From a virus (taxonomy: Duplodnaviria; Heunggongvirae; Uroviricota; Caudoviricetes), in the IMG/VR virus record IMGVR_UViG_2836824207_000004, positions 10,278 to 74,277 of that record: 64,000 nt of DNA. One strand, given 5' to 3'. Within the stretch, counting starts at the first letter, position 1. Each line of letters begins with the position of its first letter. Below the pieces are notes generated by a model. It was not told where the DNA came from and did no database searches. It saw only the letters and a program-made list of their open reading frames with translations. The translations under genes were made by a program, and so were the position numbers. This document shows, in pieces, positions 7,555-16,060 of this stretch.

Positions 7555-10500
7555 TAAATTCTCCCTTTCTGTGCTATTCCACCCGTTACGATATGAGCAA
7601 TACGACGATCAGAAACATCTTGAGTCAAATATTGAGCAGCTGGATCTAATGAATTCGATGCTTGAGCAGTAGATTGTTCGACTTTTTGTTGCTCTATTGT
7701 TGCTTTTTTTGCCGTCTCTTGCTCAACGATTTTTAGCGACTCTTTTGAGGTATCTTGTGGCTGTTTAATCTTAGGTATAACCATACCATCTATCGATGAA
7801 ACCGGTTTCATCTGAGAAAGTAAGTCTGTATTTTTCTCTACATATTGTTTACTTAATCCAGTCATCTCGACAGGGTTATTCATAAATTTATCAACAGAAT
7901 TTAATTTGCTTTGCCCTTTTAGCAAGGCATCCCTTCCGTGAGCATTTGTCGTTACATTACCAATAATACCCGCACTAAAACGCGTAAAATCTTTTCCATA
8001 AGATCGATCTTTTAAATAAGCGTCGGCGACTTTGGCGGCGATAACTGGATCATTAACTAAGTCAGGGTTATTCACTAAATCTTCCCCGATCATTTGTCCA
8101 TATCGCATATAATTAGCCCTTCCAGTCAATTGAACAAGCCCGCGACCTCTGAAACGCCAACCATCTCCCTCCTGAGTATTACCTAGCTTAGAGCCATTCG
8201 CATCAGCATATACAACGTTAGCGAGTGCCTCAGGATTACGAACTAACGTGTTTACATCCCCACCCCATTTTTTTATTTTTGCACCGTGTACAGCCATAAT
8301 GCGTTCAGCCGAGCTATAATTCATATTTTCAGATGCCCCGTGTGCGAAATCGCCTGTTTCTCTCGCCATATTAGCAAGTGCAAAACGAATATCTTGTTCT
8401 GATGCACCATTCTTTCGAGCAATTTCAATATAGGCATCTCTCGCTTTAGCGGCATCCCCTTTATTATCAAATGAAACCACACTAGATGAATTGCTCACAG
8501 GCATACCGTTTTCAGTTATAGAAGAAGTCGGGTAGCCTACTTGCTCATTTATATAAGTCGCACCTCCTAATTTCTCTTTTAGAAAAGCAAAAATGTCATT
8601 TAATGTTGTAAAAATTAAACTTAGATATTCATTACTCAATGATACTCGTTCATTCGTATTACTGATTGCATTTACATTTTCTTCTTGAGAATGATTAACT
8701 TGTTGAAGCTGTTGCTCTACCTCTTGAGGCGAGTTTTCTGTAGGAGTTGAATGATTTAGCCCCAACCACCCACTGATCGTACTGATCGCAGAATCGGCTT
8801 TATCGACCGCCCAGTTTTTTACTGATGAACCAATATTTTTTGCACCCTGTACAGCTTGAATCCCAAGTCCTACTGCACCATCCTTTATTTTTGCACCAAT
8901 ATTTTTAGTTGTTTTCCATACGCCTGAGAAATCTAATTCATTCCAAACAGATGTAATCCAACTACTCACGCCCTCCCAAATTTGGTTTAGCTTTTCCCCA
9001 AAACTTCCCCAATCAAGACTATCCCATTGCGTTTTGATCCAACTGCTTGTGCTATCCCACGCTGCACTGACTTTAGCGGAAAAACTATCCCAACTAAGAT
9101 TGTCCCAAGTATCTTTTATCCACGCAATTGAAGCATCCCAAGCACCTGTAATTTTTTTACCAATAATACTCCAATCAAAATCTGCCGCCCACGCACCAAT
9201 TTTTTCACCTATCCAGTCGCCGATCATTGCCCCTGCAATCGTGCCAACAGGCCCTAAAAGCGATCCAATCCCCCCTCCAATTAAGGTGCCAACAGCCCCG
9301 CCGACACGTTTACCACGGTTTGATTTTCCCTCTTCATCTCGGCTATCATCAAATAATCCGCCAATGCCATCGCCAATTGCTAAAAGTGAACCTAATATAG
9401 GAATTTTCTTTAATGCCCCCTTCCCTAATCGTCCAAGCCCACCAAATATACCTTTACCAAGTTTGCCAATACCTCCCAAAAGCCCAGCACCCAATTTACC
9501 CGCACCGCCAAGCATTTTTAAAAGACCTCTTCCAATTGCAGTGGCAAACATAAAAGGTAATCGAGCCAAAAGGAAAGGGAAGCGGGCAAACATTCTCAAT
9601 AACCCAAATAATCGCCCAAAAACGCCATTTCCATTAGGCTTCTTCCAGATCCGCTTTAGCCAACTATTTTGTTGGTTATCAGCTTTTTCCTGTTGCTTAG
9701 TGAATTTTTTAAAAAATCGAAAGAAACGATTATGCTGACGCTGCTCTTTATCTTGGCCTCCAAATAACTTGCCAAATCCTCGCCCAGTAGCACCAACAAC
9801 AGTTTTCGTGGTATCAAATACCGAACCTAGCGGCCCTGTAATTTCTTTGACGCCATCAATAAGCGGATCGAGATTATCAGGGGTATCTATGGCATCTTTA
9901 ATTCCACTTAGCACTTCAACCATTGCGTTTTCGCGTGCAAGTTCCTGTGTTTCCTCCTCCGAATCTGATTTAGTCGGATTTTTTATGCCTTGTTCATCAA
10001 GTTCTGCCTCTTTGACAAAACGTCCGTCTTTATCTCGAACACGCCCGTTTTTATCTCGTTGCCATTGGTTAGGAAGCACTTCAGCATTCTCAGTCCTTTC
10101 CTTTTTCTTTGGTGGTTTATTCTGTTCAAGAATAGGTTGCGTTTGCTGTTTCGAGCTTTTTGTCTGACGTGCTTTTACAACTGGATTTAATTTTTCTTTT
10201 CCTGGATGTGTTTTACGTTCTTTAAAATGTCCAGTGTCAAATCTTGATTTATCATTTCGTTCTTCTTTCTGTTTTACTTTATGCAAATTCTCCTGATTTT
10301 TTGACCGCACTTTATCAACGACCTTGGGTGTTTTCAGTGCTTGAATTAATTCCTCGTTTGTGCGTTTTTCTGACAAATGACGCGATTTTGCTTGTTTCTC
10401 GGCTTGTGCTAACAGTGCAATTTGACGACCACCAAAATTCTCCAAAATATCGCGAATAGATGCGGTATCTTCCTTAATCTCAACTAAGGTATCACGTTTT

Positions 10501-10598
10501 TGTTCTTCTACGGTTTGTGCTTCATTTTGATTCGGGTTTTCAAATAACCCATCTTTTTCTGACATTGTGCTACTCCTTGGCAAATTGAGATGCCACAT
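7554..10598 (-). CDS. large virion/ejection-type protein (1014 aa) with glycine-zipper membrane region, Trp-repeat region and GH19-like lysozyme domain
   Basis: Gly-zipper stretch GGAGKLGAGLLGGIGKLGKGIFGG. Repeated W-x-x-S/D motifs. C-terminal region ...GDGWRFRGRGLVQLTGRANYMRYGQ... is typical of GH19-like phage muralytic domains. Confidence 0.75.
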   Translation of the reverse strand: MWHLNLPRSSTMSEKDGLFENPNQNEAQTVEEQKRDTLVEIKEDTASIRDILENFGGRQIALLAQAEKQAKSRHLSEKRTNEELIQALKTPKVVDKVRSKNQENLHKVKQKEERNDKSRFDTGHFKERKTHPGKEKLNPVVKARQTKSSKQQTQPILEQNKPPKKKERTENAEVLPNQWQRDKNGRVRDKDGRFVKEAELDEQGIKNPTKSDSEEETQELARENAMVEVLSGIKDAIDTPDNLDPLIDGVKEITGPLGSVFDTTKTVVGATGRGFGKLFGGQDKEQRQHNRFFRFFKKFTKQQEKADNQQNSWLKRIWKKPNGNGVFGRLFGLLRMFARFPFLLARLPFMFATAIGRGLLKMLGGAGKLGAGLLGGIGKLGKGIFGGLGRLGKGALKKIPILGSLLAIGDGIGGLFDDSRDEEGKSNRGKRVGGAVGTLIGGGIGSLLGPVGTIAGAMIGDWIGEKIGAWAADFDWSIIGKKITGAWDASIAWIKDTWDNLSWDSFSAKVSAAWDSTSSWIKTQWDSLDWGSFGEKLNQIWEGVSSWITSVWNELDFSGVWKTTKNIGAKIKDGAVGLGIQAVQGAKNIGSSVKNWAVDKADSAISTISGWLGLNHSTPTENSPQEVEQQLQQVNHSQEENVNAISNTNERVSLSNEYLSLIFTTLNDIFAFLKEKLGGATYINEQVGYPTSSITENGMPVSNSSSVVSFDNKGDAAKARDAYIEIARKNGASEQDIRFALANMARETGDFAHGASENMNYSSAERIMAVHGAKIKKWGGDVNTLVRNPEALANVVYADANGSKLGNTQEGDGWRFRGRGLVQLTGRANYMRYGQMIGEDLVNNPDLVNDPVIAAKVADAYLKDRSYGKDFTRFSAGIIGNVTTNAHGRDALLKGQSKLNSVDKFMNNPVEMTGLSKQYVEKNTDLLSQMKPVSSIDGMVIPKIKQPQDTSKESLKIVEQETAKKATIEQQKVEQSTAQASNSLDPAAQYLTQDVSDRRIAHIVTGGIAQKGRI

Positions 10599-10630
10599 TA
10601 TCTAGCTCTGCTATCTTCTCGCCTCGGTAA

Positions 10631-10647
10631 TTTTCCTATTAGGAAAA
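10631..10647. promoter_or_regulatory. TTTTCCTATTAGGAAAA motif copy 2
   Basis: Exact 17-mer in the divergent intergenic region 10599-10714. Confidence 0.5.
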
Positions 10648-10714
10648 ATCCAAAAATCCGAATTCAGCTCATTTCTAAAATGAAAGCTCTATTTACACAA
10701 TACAGGAGCTTTTT

Positions 10715-11227
10715 ATGGCATTAACAACAGCTGGACATTTGAAAAATCATTTTTCATTACGTCAAACAATGGGGGCAGACGCGACGAACTCTGATGCCAC
10801 TTTAGTCATTGATGGTTACGAGAATTTCTTCATTAAAGTTAAGTCGTTTCCTGATCCCTCTAGTGGCATTAGCGGGAATATTGAAGTCCCTTCCCCACTT
10901 GGCAACATTTACTATAAGCCTCAACAAGCAAAAACGGCATTTAATGGTTCAGCATCATTTTTAGAAACCGAAGATCGTGCTGTTCAAGCAATGCTTGACG
11001 AGATCAAACTGAAAGGCGGTTACTTCAATGCGTGGCTATATCACGGCGATCCTGACAAATATGTCAATCGAAAACGCTTAGAAAAATGCTTCTTTGAACA
11101 AGCTGCACCAACACAGCGTGATATGCAGTCAAATACCGAAATCCTGCTTATCGAGGGTGATATTTCAGGCAATTACTTCGGTGAGATTGAACAAGGGAAC
11201 GTTCAAACCTTAATGGGAGGCTACTAA
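10715..11227 (+). CDS. hypothetical tail/baseplate-module protein (170 aa)
   Basis: First gene of a four-gene plus-strand operon ending in the gpV-like spike. Confidence 0.45.
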   Translation: MALTTAGHLKNHFSLRQTMGADATNSDATLVIDGYENFFIKVKSFPDPSSGISGNIEVPSPLGNIYYKPQQAKTAFNGSASFLETEDRAVQAMLDEIKLKGGYFNAWLYHGDPDKYVNRKRLEKCFFEQAAPTQRDMQSNTEILLIEGDISGNYFGEIEQGNVQTLMGGY

Positions 11228-11230
11228 TCA

Positions 11231-11614
11231 ATGATAGAAATGACGGTAAGCGAACTTGCTGAAAATTATTCAGGGCATTTGCGTCCGACAGGGCTTGTTA
11301 TCACTGATGATGTCATTTTATCCCAAGCCCTTAAAGCTACTCGCTATTATGAGGGTTTTGGCGGATTGGCATTTTCTGAAGAAGGATCAAAGCAAATTAC
11401 TCCTGATACCCCTTTAACCAAAAGTGAACTTACTGTCATTTCACCGTTATTTGAGCTTTATGTGGAACGAGAAAATGCACTCATTCTTGAAGCGAGCCGT
11501 ACTCTAGGCGTTGAAGTCTATGGACGAACAGTATCGGAAATCAATAGCGATATTGTACAAAAAGAACAAGAAATTCAGCATTTAGCATTTCAATTCGATA
11601 TTATCACTATCTAA
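11231..11614 (+). CDS. hypothetical tail/baseplate-module protein (127 aa)
   Basis: Tightly packed in the operon with a 3-nt spacing. Confidence 0.45.
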   Translation: MIEMTVSELAENYSGHLRPTGLVITDDVILSQALKATRYYEGFGGLAFSEEGSKQITPDTPLTKSELTVISPLFELYVERENALILEASRTLGVEVYGRTVSEINSDIVQKEQEIQHLAFQFDIITI

Positions 11615-11616
11615 TA

Positions 11617-12528
11617 ATGGAAATTATTTTACCTAATAACAAAGTGTTGCGAGGTGATTTAACGCCTCTTGTGATCAAAAGGACAGATTTAACTGCTGTG
11701 CCATCAACCCTTGAATGTTTGATTCGAGTTGATAATGAATTAAATGAATTTATTCAAGAAGGGGAAATCATATCACTCGCTGAAAAAGACGTGAAGTATC
11801 GAATTATTGCTACCTCAAAGCAAGGCGATGGAATTAGAACCCAGGGAAACCCAGACTACACCCTGACTAAAGTCATTGCAATCTTAGATTCTTGTCATCA
11901 AATTGCTTTCGCAAAACAAAAAGCCATCATAAAAGAAAATACGAATTTTAGCACAATTTATCGTGCTTGCGGAGCAACTATTGGCGTATCAAAGGATATT
12001 AAAGTGCGTCGTTTTTCCTGTTATATCGGCTCCCCACCGAGTTTTCAAATTCAACAAGCTTTGCAACGTGAAGCAGCAACGATAGTTTGGGATGGCAAAC
12101 AAACTATCGCTTTTACCCGATTACGAGATCTATTTGAACAGCCACCTAAAGAAATTTTGCAACAAGATTGTACACAAGAATTTATTAGTGGTTTTGTCGA
12201 ACGACACGAAATACCCGCCTATTATTCAAATACAGAAAATGGTGATGTAATTACATCAACCACCAAATTAGGACGAGGAGCGGATTTTGCAATGTTTGCC
12301 GATAAGCAAATCTTAAATAATCTATCCACTTACCTAATTCAACGAAAAGTATGGACAACTAGGCTGACTCCTAATATCAATGCTGGAGATATCATAGAAG
12401 TGGAACATAAAAAGTATGTAATCATCACTGCAACCCATCTATTCAGCCAGTTTGACGCTGGTTCAGGATCGCAATTAAGCCGATTTTGGCTGGGCGAATT
12501 ATCTAATATGGTGAATAAAACAAAATAG
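11617..12528 (+). CDS. hypothetical protein (303 aa), possible baseplate hub (position-based)
   Basis: Lies immediately upstream of the gpV-like gene. No motif recognised. Confidence 0.4.
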   Translation: MEIILPNNKVLRGDLTPLVIKRTDLTAVPSTLECLIRVDNELNEFIQEGEIISLAEKDVKYRIIATSKQGDGIRTQGNPDYTLTKVIAILDSCHQIAFAKQKAIIKENTNFSTIYRACGATIGVSKDIKVRRFSCYIGSPPSFQIQQALQREAATIVWDGKQTIAFTRLRDLFEQPPKEILQQDCTQEFISGFVERHEIPAYYSNTENGDVITSTTKLGRGADFAMFADKQILNNLSTYLIQRKVWTTRLTPNINAGDIIEVEHKKYVIITATHLFSQFDAGSGSQLSRFWLGELSNMVNKTK

Positions 12529-12536
12529 GAGGAAAA

Positions 12537-13076
12537 ATGAAATTATTACCTGCTGAAGTGAAAAGTTGGGACGGTGTAAAAATGCGAATCGCCATTCCAG
12601 GCTATACCGATGGAGCAGATCAATTTCCCGAAGCGGAAATTTGCTACCCGCTTGCCGATAGACCCGCTGATACGGGCTATAAAATTCTCCCCGGTGATGC
12701 CATTTGGATTATGTTTAACGGCGGCGATGAAAATAGCCCTATTGTAATGGGCTTTCGCAATAAAAATACAGGAGTCAATAAAGATAAACGCTTTCTTGAG
12801 CATAAAAACTTTGAAACCAAAGCCGAAAATGTAATGAAAGAAAGTGCCAAAACCCACGAAATAACCGCAACAGATTTATTCACCGTAACTAGCGGAAAAA
12901 TTGTCTTTAATGCACCGGTACAGATCAACGGATCATTAAGTGCTTCTGGCGATGTTTCCATAGAAGGCGGATTTAATGCCAAAGGCAATATTTCAACGGA
13001 GGGAGACATTAATGCAACTGGCGATATTCATTCTAACGGCTCTATCACTGACAGTGATGGAGATGGCGGTGCTTAG
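12537..13076 (+). CDS. baseplate spike/assembly protein V-like (179 aa)
   Basis: ILPGDAIWIMFNGGDENSPIVMGF resembles the P2 gpV OB-fold core (..GEQVLILAVGGELDTAFVLPG..). The C-terminus is a beta-helix-like GDVSIEGGFNAKGNISTEGDINATGDIHSNG. Confidence 0.6.
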   Translation: MKLLPAEVKSWDGVKMRIAIPGYTDGADQFPEAEICYPLADRPADTGYKILPGDAIWIMFNGGDENSPIVMGFRNKNTGVNKDKRFLEHKNFETKAENVMKESAKTHEITATDLFTVTSGKIVFNAPVQINGSLSASGDVSIEGGFNAKGNISTEGDINATGDIHSNGSITDSDGDGGA

Positions 13077-13161
13077 TTAAGTTATTTTGTTCTGTTCGCG
13101 TGTAGTAGTATAAATGGTCACCCTACACGCCAACATCATTGAATACCCATTATTCTAACGA

Positions 13162-14154
13162 TTAACTATAATTTCTTGCACTTACCATCAATCCTCTTAC
13201 CCATTGCGGGATTTTCTGGCTATCTAGTCCCATTGATCTCACTTGGGCGATAAGTTCCAACAACCGATTTAAATCAAGATCACTTTCAATCGCAACAAGT
13301 GGCGAATGGTATTGTTCTAATTCGGTGTAAATATCATCAATCAACGTTGGCTTCGTTTCAGCTAATTTGGCATTCACCCAAGTTCCCTTTTTATATTCTT
13401 TAAGTACACCATCAAAATATAAGGTTTCGCCCTCTTGATAGGTGATGACGGGTTCATCTGCGGCATTGAGTAATGCCCAGTCAATCCGTGAACCCTCAAA
13501 ACGACGTAATAATTTAGCAATATTGGCAACACTCTCATCAGACATTACCGCTAAAACATCTTCACCATATTTTGACCGCACTTTGCTTTCTGTACCCAGA
13601 ATATATTGTGGGTTCGCTTTAAAATAACGCCCACTGATAAAGGTTTCCCATAAAACGTTCGCTTCTTTTAATATTTCTGGTGATGAATTTGCCAACTCAT
13701 CAATAATCAGTTTGTTAGGTCGGCTATGTTTCTTAAAGACCAATACATCAGTAACCACATCAGCCCCAGCAGTTTCAAACAGTTTATTCGGCAACCGATA
13801 CGCCCCCATAAATTCCGCTTTTAGAGAAATTTGATGGCGGATTTTGCGATAGCGTGTTCCCGTCATAATGCCTGTGCCACTCATAAACACAGCCAGCCCA
13901 TTCGGACGTAATTTATCTAGCGAACGCAAAATAAAGTAACTTTCTAGGTTTTCTTTTTGATAACGGCTATCTTTAAATTGATTACCCCCGCGATTATCCC
14001 CAAAAGGAACATTGGTAATCACTGCATCAACAATTTCATCTTCTGTCGCAGCAGCAACCGCCTCAAAGGGACTGATCGTAACTTTATGGCTATCATCATT
14101 AAATAAAATCTGATTGATTGTGCCACTCGTCTGATCAAGCTCAATACTTTCCAT
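13162..14154 (-). CDS. N6-adenine DNA methyltransferase C-terminal portion (motif IV NVPF); split from upstream ORF
   Basis: VITNVPFGDNRGG lies about 50 aa from the start. Motif I of the same domain is at the C-terminus of the preceding ORF. The junction is TAATG next to a G5 run. Confidence 0.65.
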   Translation of the reverse strand: MESIELDQTSGTINQILFNDDSHKVTISPFEAVAAATEDEIVDAVITNVPFGDNRGGNQFKDSRYQKENLESYFILRSLDKLRPNGLAVFMSGTGIMTGTRYRKIRHQISLKAEFMGAYRLPNKLFETAGADVVTDVLVFKKHSRPNKLIIDELANSSPEILKEANVLWETFISGRYFKANPQYILGTESKVRSKYGEDVLAVMSDESVANIAKLLRRFEGSRIDWALLNAADEPVITYQEGETLYFDGVLKEYKKGTWVNAKLAETKPTLIDDIYTELEQYHSPLVAIESDLDLNRLLELIAQVRSMGLDSQKIPQWVRGLMVSARNYS

Positions 14155-15080
14155 TAAAACATTTTGGGGGCTGTCGCACTAAAAATCCCCGTTCCCGCAC
14201 AAGGATCAAGCACTTTCCCACCACTAAATCCCATTTCCGTTAGCAAGTCCCACATTCCTTGTGCGATGGGTTTTGGCGTGTAATATTCATAGCTTGATCC
14301 TCGAGTTCCTTCAGCGGTAGTCAACCCACCACCAGATCCAGAATAATGCGATAAAATGATTTTTTGTTCTTGTGTAATGTCATCAATATTCATCTCACCA
14401 CGTTGAACTTTCTGTACAATCTCAATTGCCGCATTGTTGGCCGCTTGTCGTTGAGTTTGAGTTATGCCTTCGGGATTGTAATTAAATAAATCTGTAGGAT
14501 TAACTACTGTTTGTGATTCGTATTTGTCTCCTAGCCCTAAACTTTTTTCATACAATGATTTTAAATCTGAATATTCACCTACTAATTGATAAGATTGAGC
14601 ATCACCAATAGAAACCCAAGCAAAATCGTGCAATTCTTCTTTTTGTAATTTCACGTTTTGAGAGGCATCAACTACCAATAAGAAACGGTGCGATTCTCCG
14701 CCACTTGGTAGCTTTTTTTGCTCTAGAAATTCAACAGTACTAGCTTTAATACCTGTTTCTTCTTTTAATTCACGAATCGCTGCTTGTGCGGGAGTTTCGT
14801 TTTCTTCAATATGTCCGCCTGGGATCCACCATTTACCAGGTTTAAATTTGTCAGAAAGCGAACGTTGAACCAATAATATATTGCGATCTAAATCCTTAAC
14901 CAGCACATCTGCATAGCTATTTTGTTTATTTGACTCACGATCAATCACGCCTAATTGAGCAAGTAAGGCCTGAACCTTACCTGCTAACGCAATTTTTTGA
15001 ATAGGATTTGCTTCCGCTGTCATTGCATCGACAGCATCATTTAATTCGCCTGCCAACTTAATTTTTAATAAAGCATCCAT
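14154..15080 (-). CDS. Nudix hydrolase domain plus N6A-methyltransferase motif I (308 aa); truncated fusion
   Basis: Perfect Nudix box GGHIEENETPAQAAIRELKEETGI. C-terminus VLDPCAGTGIFSATAPKMF* is gamma-class methyltransferase motif I. Confidence 0.75.
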   Translation of the reverse strand: MDALLKIKLAGELNDAVDAMTAEANPIQKIALAGKVQALLAQLGVIDRESNKQNSYADVLVKDLDRNILLVQRSLSDKFKPGKWWIPGGHIEENETPAQAAIRELKEETGIKASTVEFLEQKKLPSGGESHRFLLVVDASQNVKLQKEELHDFAWVSIGDAQSYQLVGEYSDLKSLYEKSLGLGDKYESQTVVNPTDLFNYNPEGITQTQRQAANNAAIEIVQKVQRGEMNIDDITQEQKIILSHYSGSGGGLTTAEGTRGSSYEYYTPKPIAQGMWDLLTEMGFSGGKVLDPCAGTGIFSATAPKMF

Positions 15081-15092
15081 TATCTATTCCCC

Positions 15093-16028
15093 TTATGCCT
15101 GTCTTGCTTTTTCAGTCATTTTGGAAACATAAGCATTTGCAGCCTGCTGAACTAACTCAATATTAGAGCTTTGCAAGCGACTTGCAATCTCTGATAATTT
15201 TGCGTTAAAAGTAGCATCAAATACATTCACATTCCCCTCAATCACATCTTGCAAAAACTGGATATCAGCTTGTTTTTGTGCATTCTCTTCTACATTATTT
15301 TCCATTGAGCTTCCCTCTTCGGCTTCTAATTGATCTAAGTCAATAAGGTTACCATTTTTATCACGAATTTCTAAGATCGTGAGCGTTGCTAATGGTTCGT
15401 CTTCTTGTGAATCATCTAAAATAGCGGTATTATTGTGCAAACCACCTTCAGCATAATTAAAGTTCCCCGCTTGCGTATTGTTACGTCCAAGACTCTGGAA
15501 TGCGTTATCTAAGGTGGTTTTATAGACTGCTGATGAATAAGCAATTAACTCTTCAAATGCCTCTAATTCCCCATTTTCTTTTTCTCCAGCCTTAGCAACA
15601 GCAAGTACTTTCATTCCATCAATGTCAAGCCATTTGTCATAACGGTGGAAAGCAACAAAATCTTTTCTTGGTTTCGTAAGTTCTTCTCTATCCTGAGCAT
15701 TTCCTGTTGTAAATACTTCGACAATTTTCGATACGGCAATAGCATTTAATTTCCCTTTTCTGCCATCACTAACTAGATGCTTAACACTTTGCTTACTGTT
15801 AAATCTGACTTCTTTGCCATCCACCGTTCTAATTGTTTTACCCTGTAAGTTCGCTTTTAACCATTTTTCAACTGCTGTGCTGAGTGCTTTACGGCTTGCA
15901 TTCTCTGGTAGCACTAATTCGGGTAAATTCTCTTCTACGTTATTTTCTATTGCGTTTCCCTGTTCAGCTCCTAATCGATCTAAGTCAATTAAATTCCCAT
16001 ATTTATCGCGAATTTCAAGAATTTCCAC
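15093..16028 (-). CDS. repeat-module protein (311 aa, GTG start), paralogous to the C-terminus of the 1401-aa protein; probably its frameshifted continuation
   Basis: ILEIRDK.GNLIDLD...LPELVLPEN...GMK..A.AKAGEKENGELE modules occur twice here and also in the 1401-aa ORF. The reading frame stays open and homologous up to a TGA at 16113-16115. Confidence 0.55.
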   Translation of the reverse strand: MEILEIRDKYGNLIDLDRLGAEQGNAIENNVEENLPELVLPENASRKALSTAVEKWLKANLQGKTIRTVDGKEVRFNSKQSVKHLVSDGRKGKLNAIAVSKIVEVFTTGNAQDREELTKPRKDFVAFHRYDKWLDIDGMKVLAVAKAGEKENGELEAFEELIAYSSAVYKTTLDNAFQSLGRNNTQAGNFNYAEGGLHNNTAILDDSQEDEPLATLTILEIRDKNGNLIDLDQLEAEEGSSMENNVEENAQKQADIQFLQDVIEGNVNVFDATFNAKLSEIASRLQSSNIELVQQAANAYVSKMTEKARQA

Positions 16029-16060
16029 TAAATAATCAGCGATTTCTTCTTGTGTTTCAT

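Noticed and set aside
9034-10190. Plus-strand ORFs 9034-9738, 9769-10167 and 9990-10190 (Pro/Ser-rich)
   Set aside because: They are antisense to the Gly-rich region of the 1014-aa minus-strand gene, which gives Pro-rich shadow ORFs. They have no RBS and no domain.
12546-13009. Minus-strand ORFs 12546-12857 and 12677-13009
   Set aside because: Antisense to the gpV-like gene, whose protein has clear family features.
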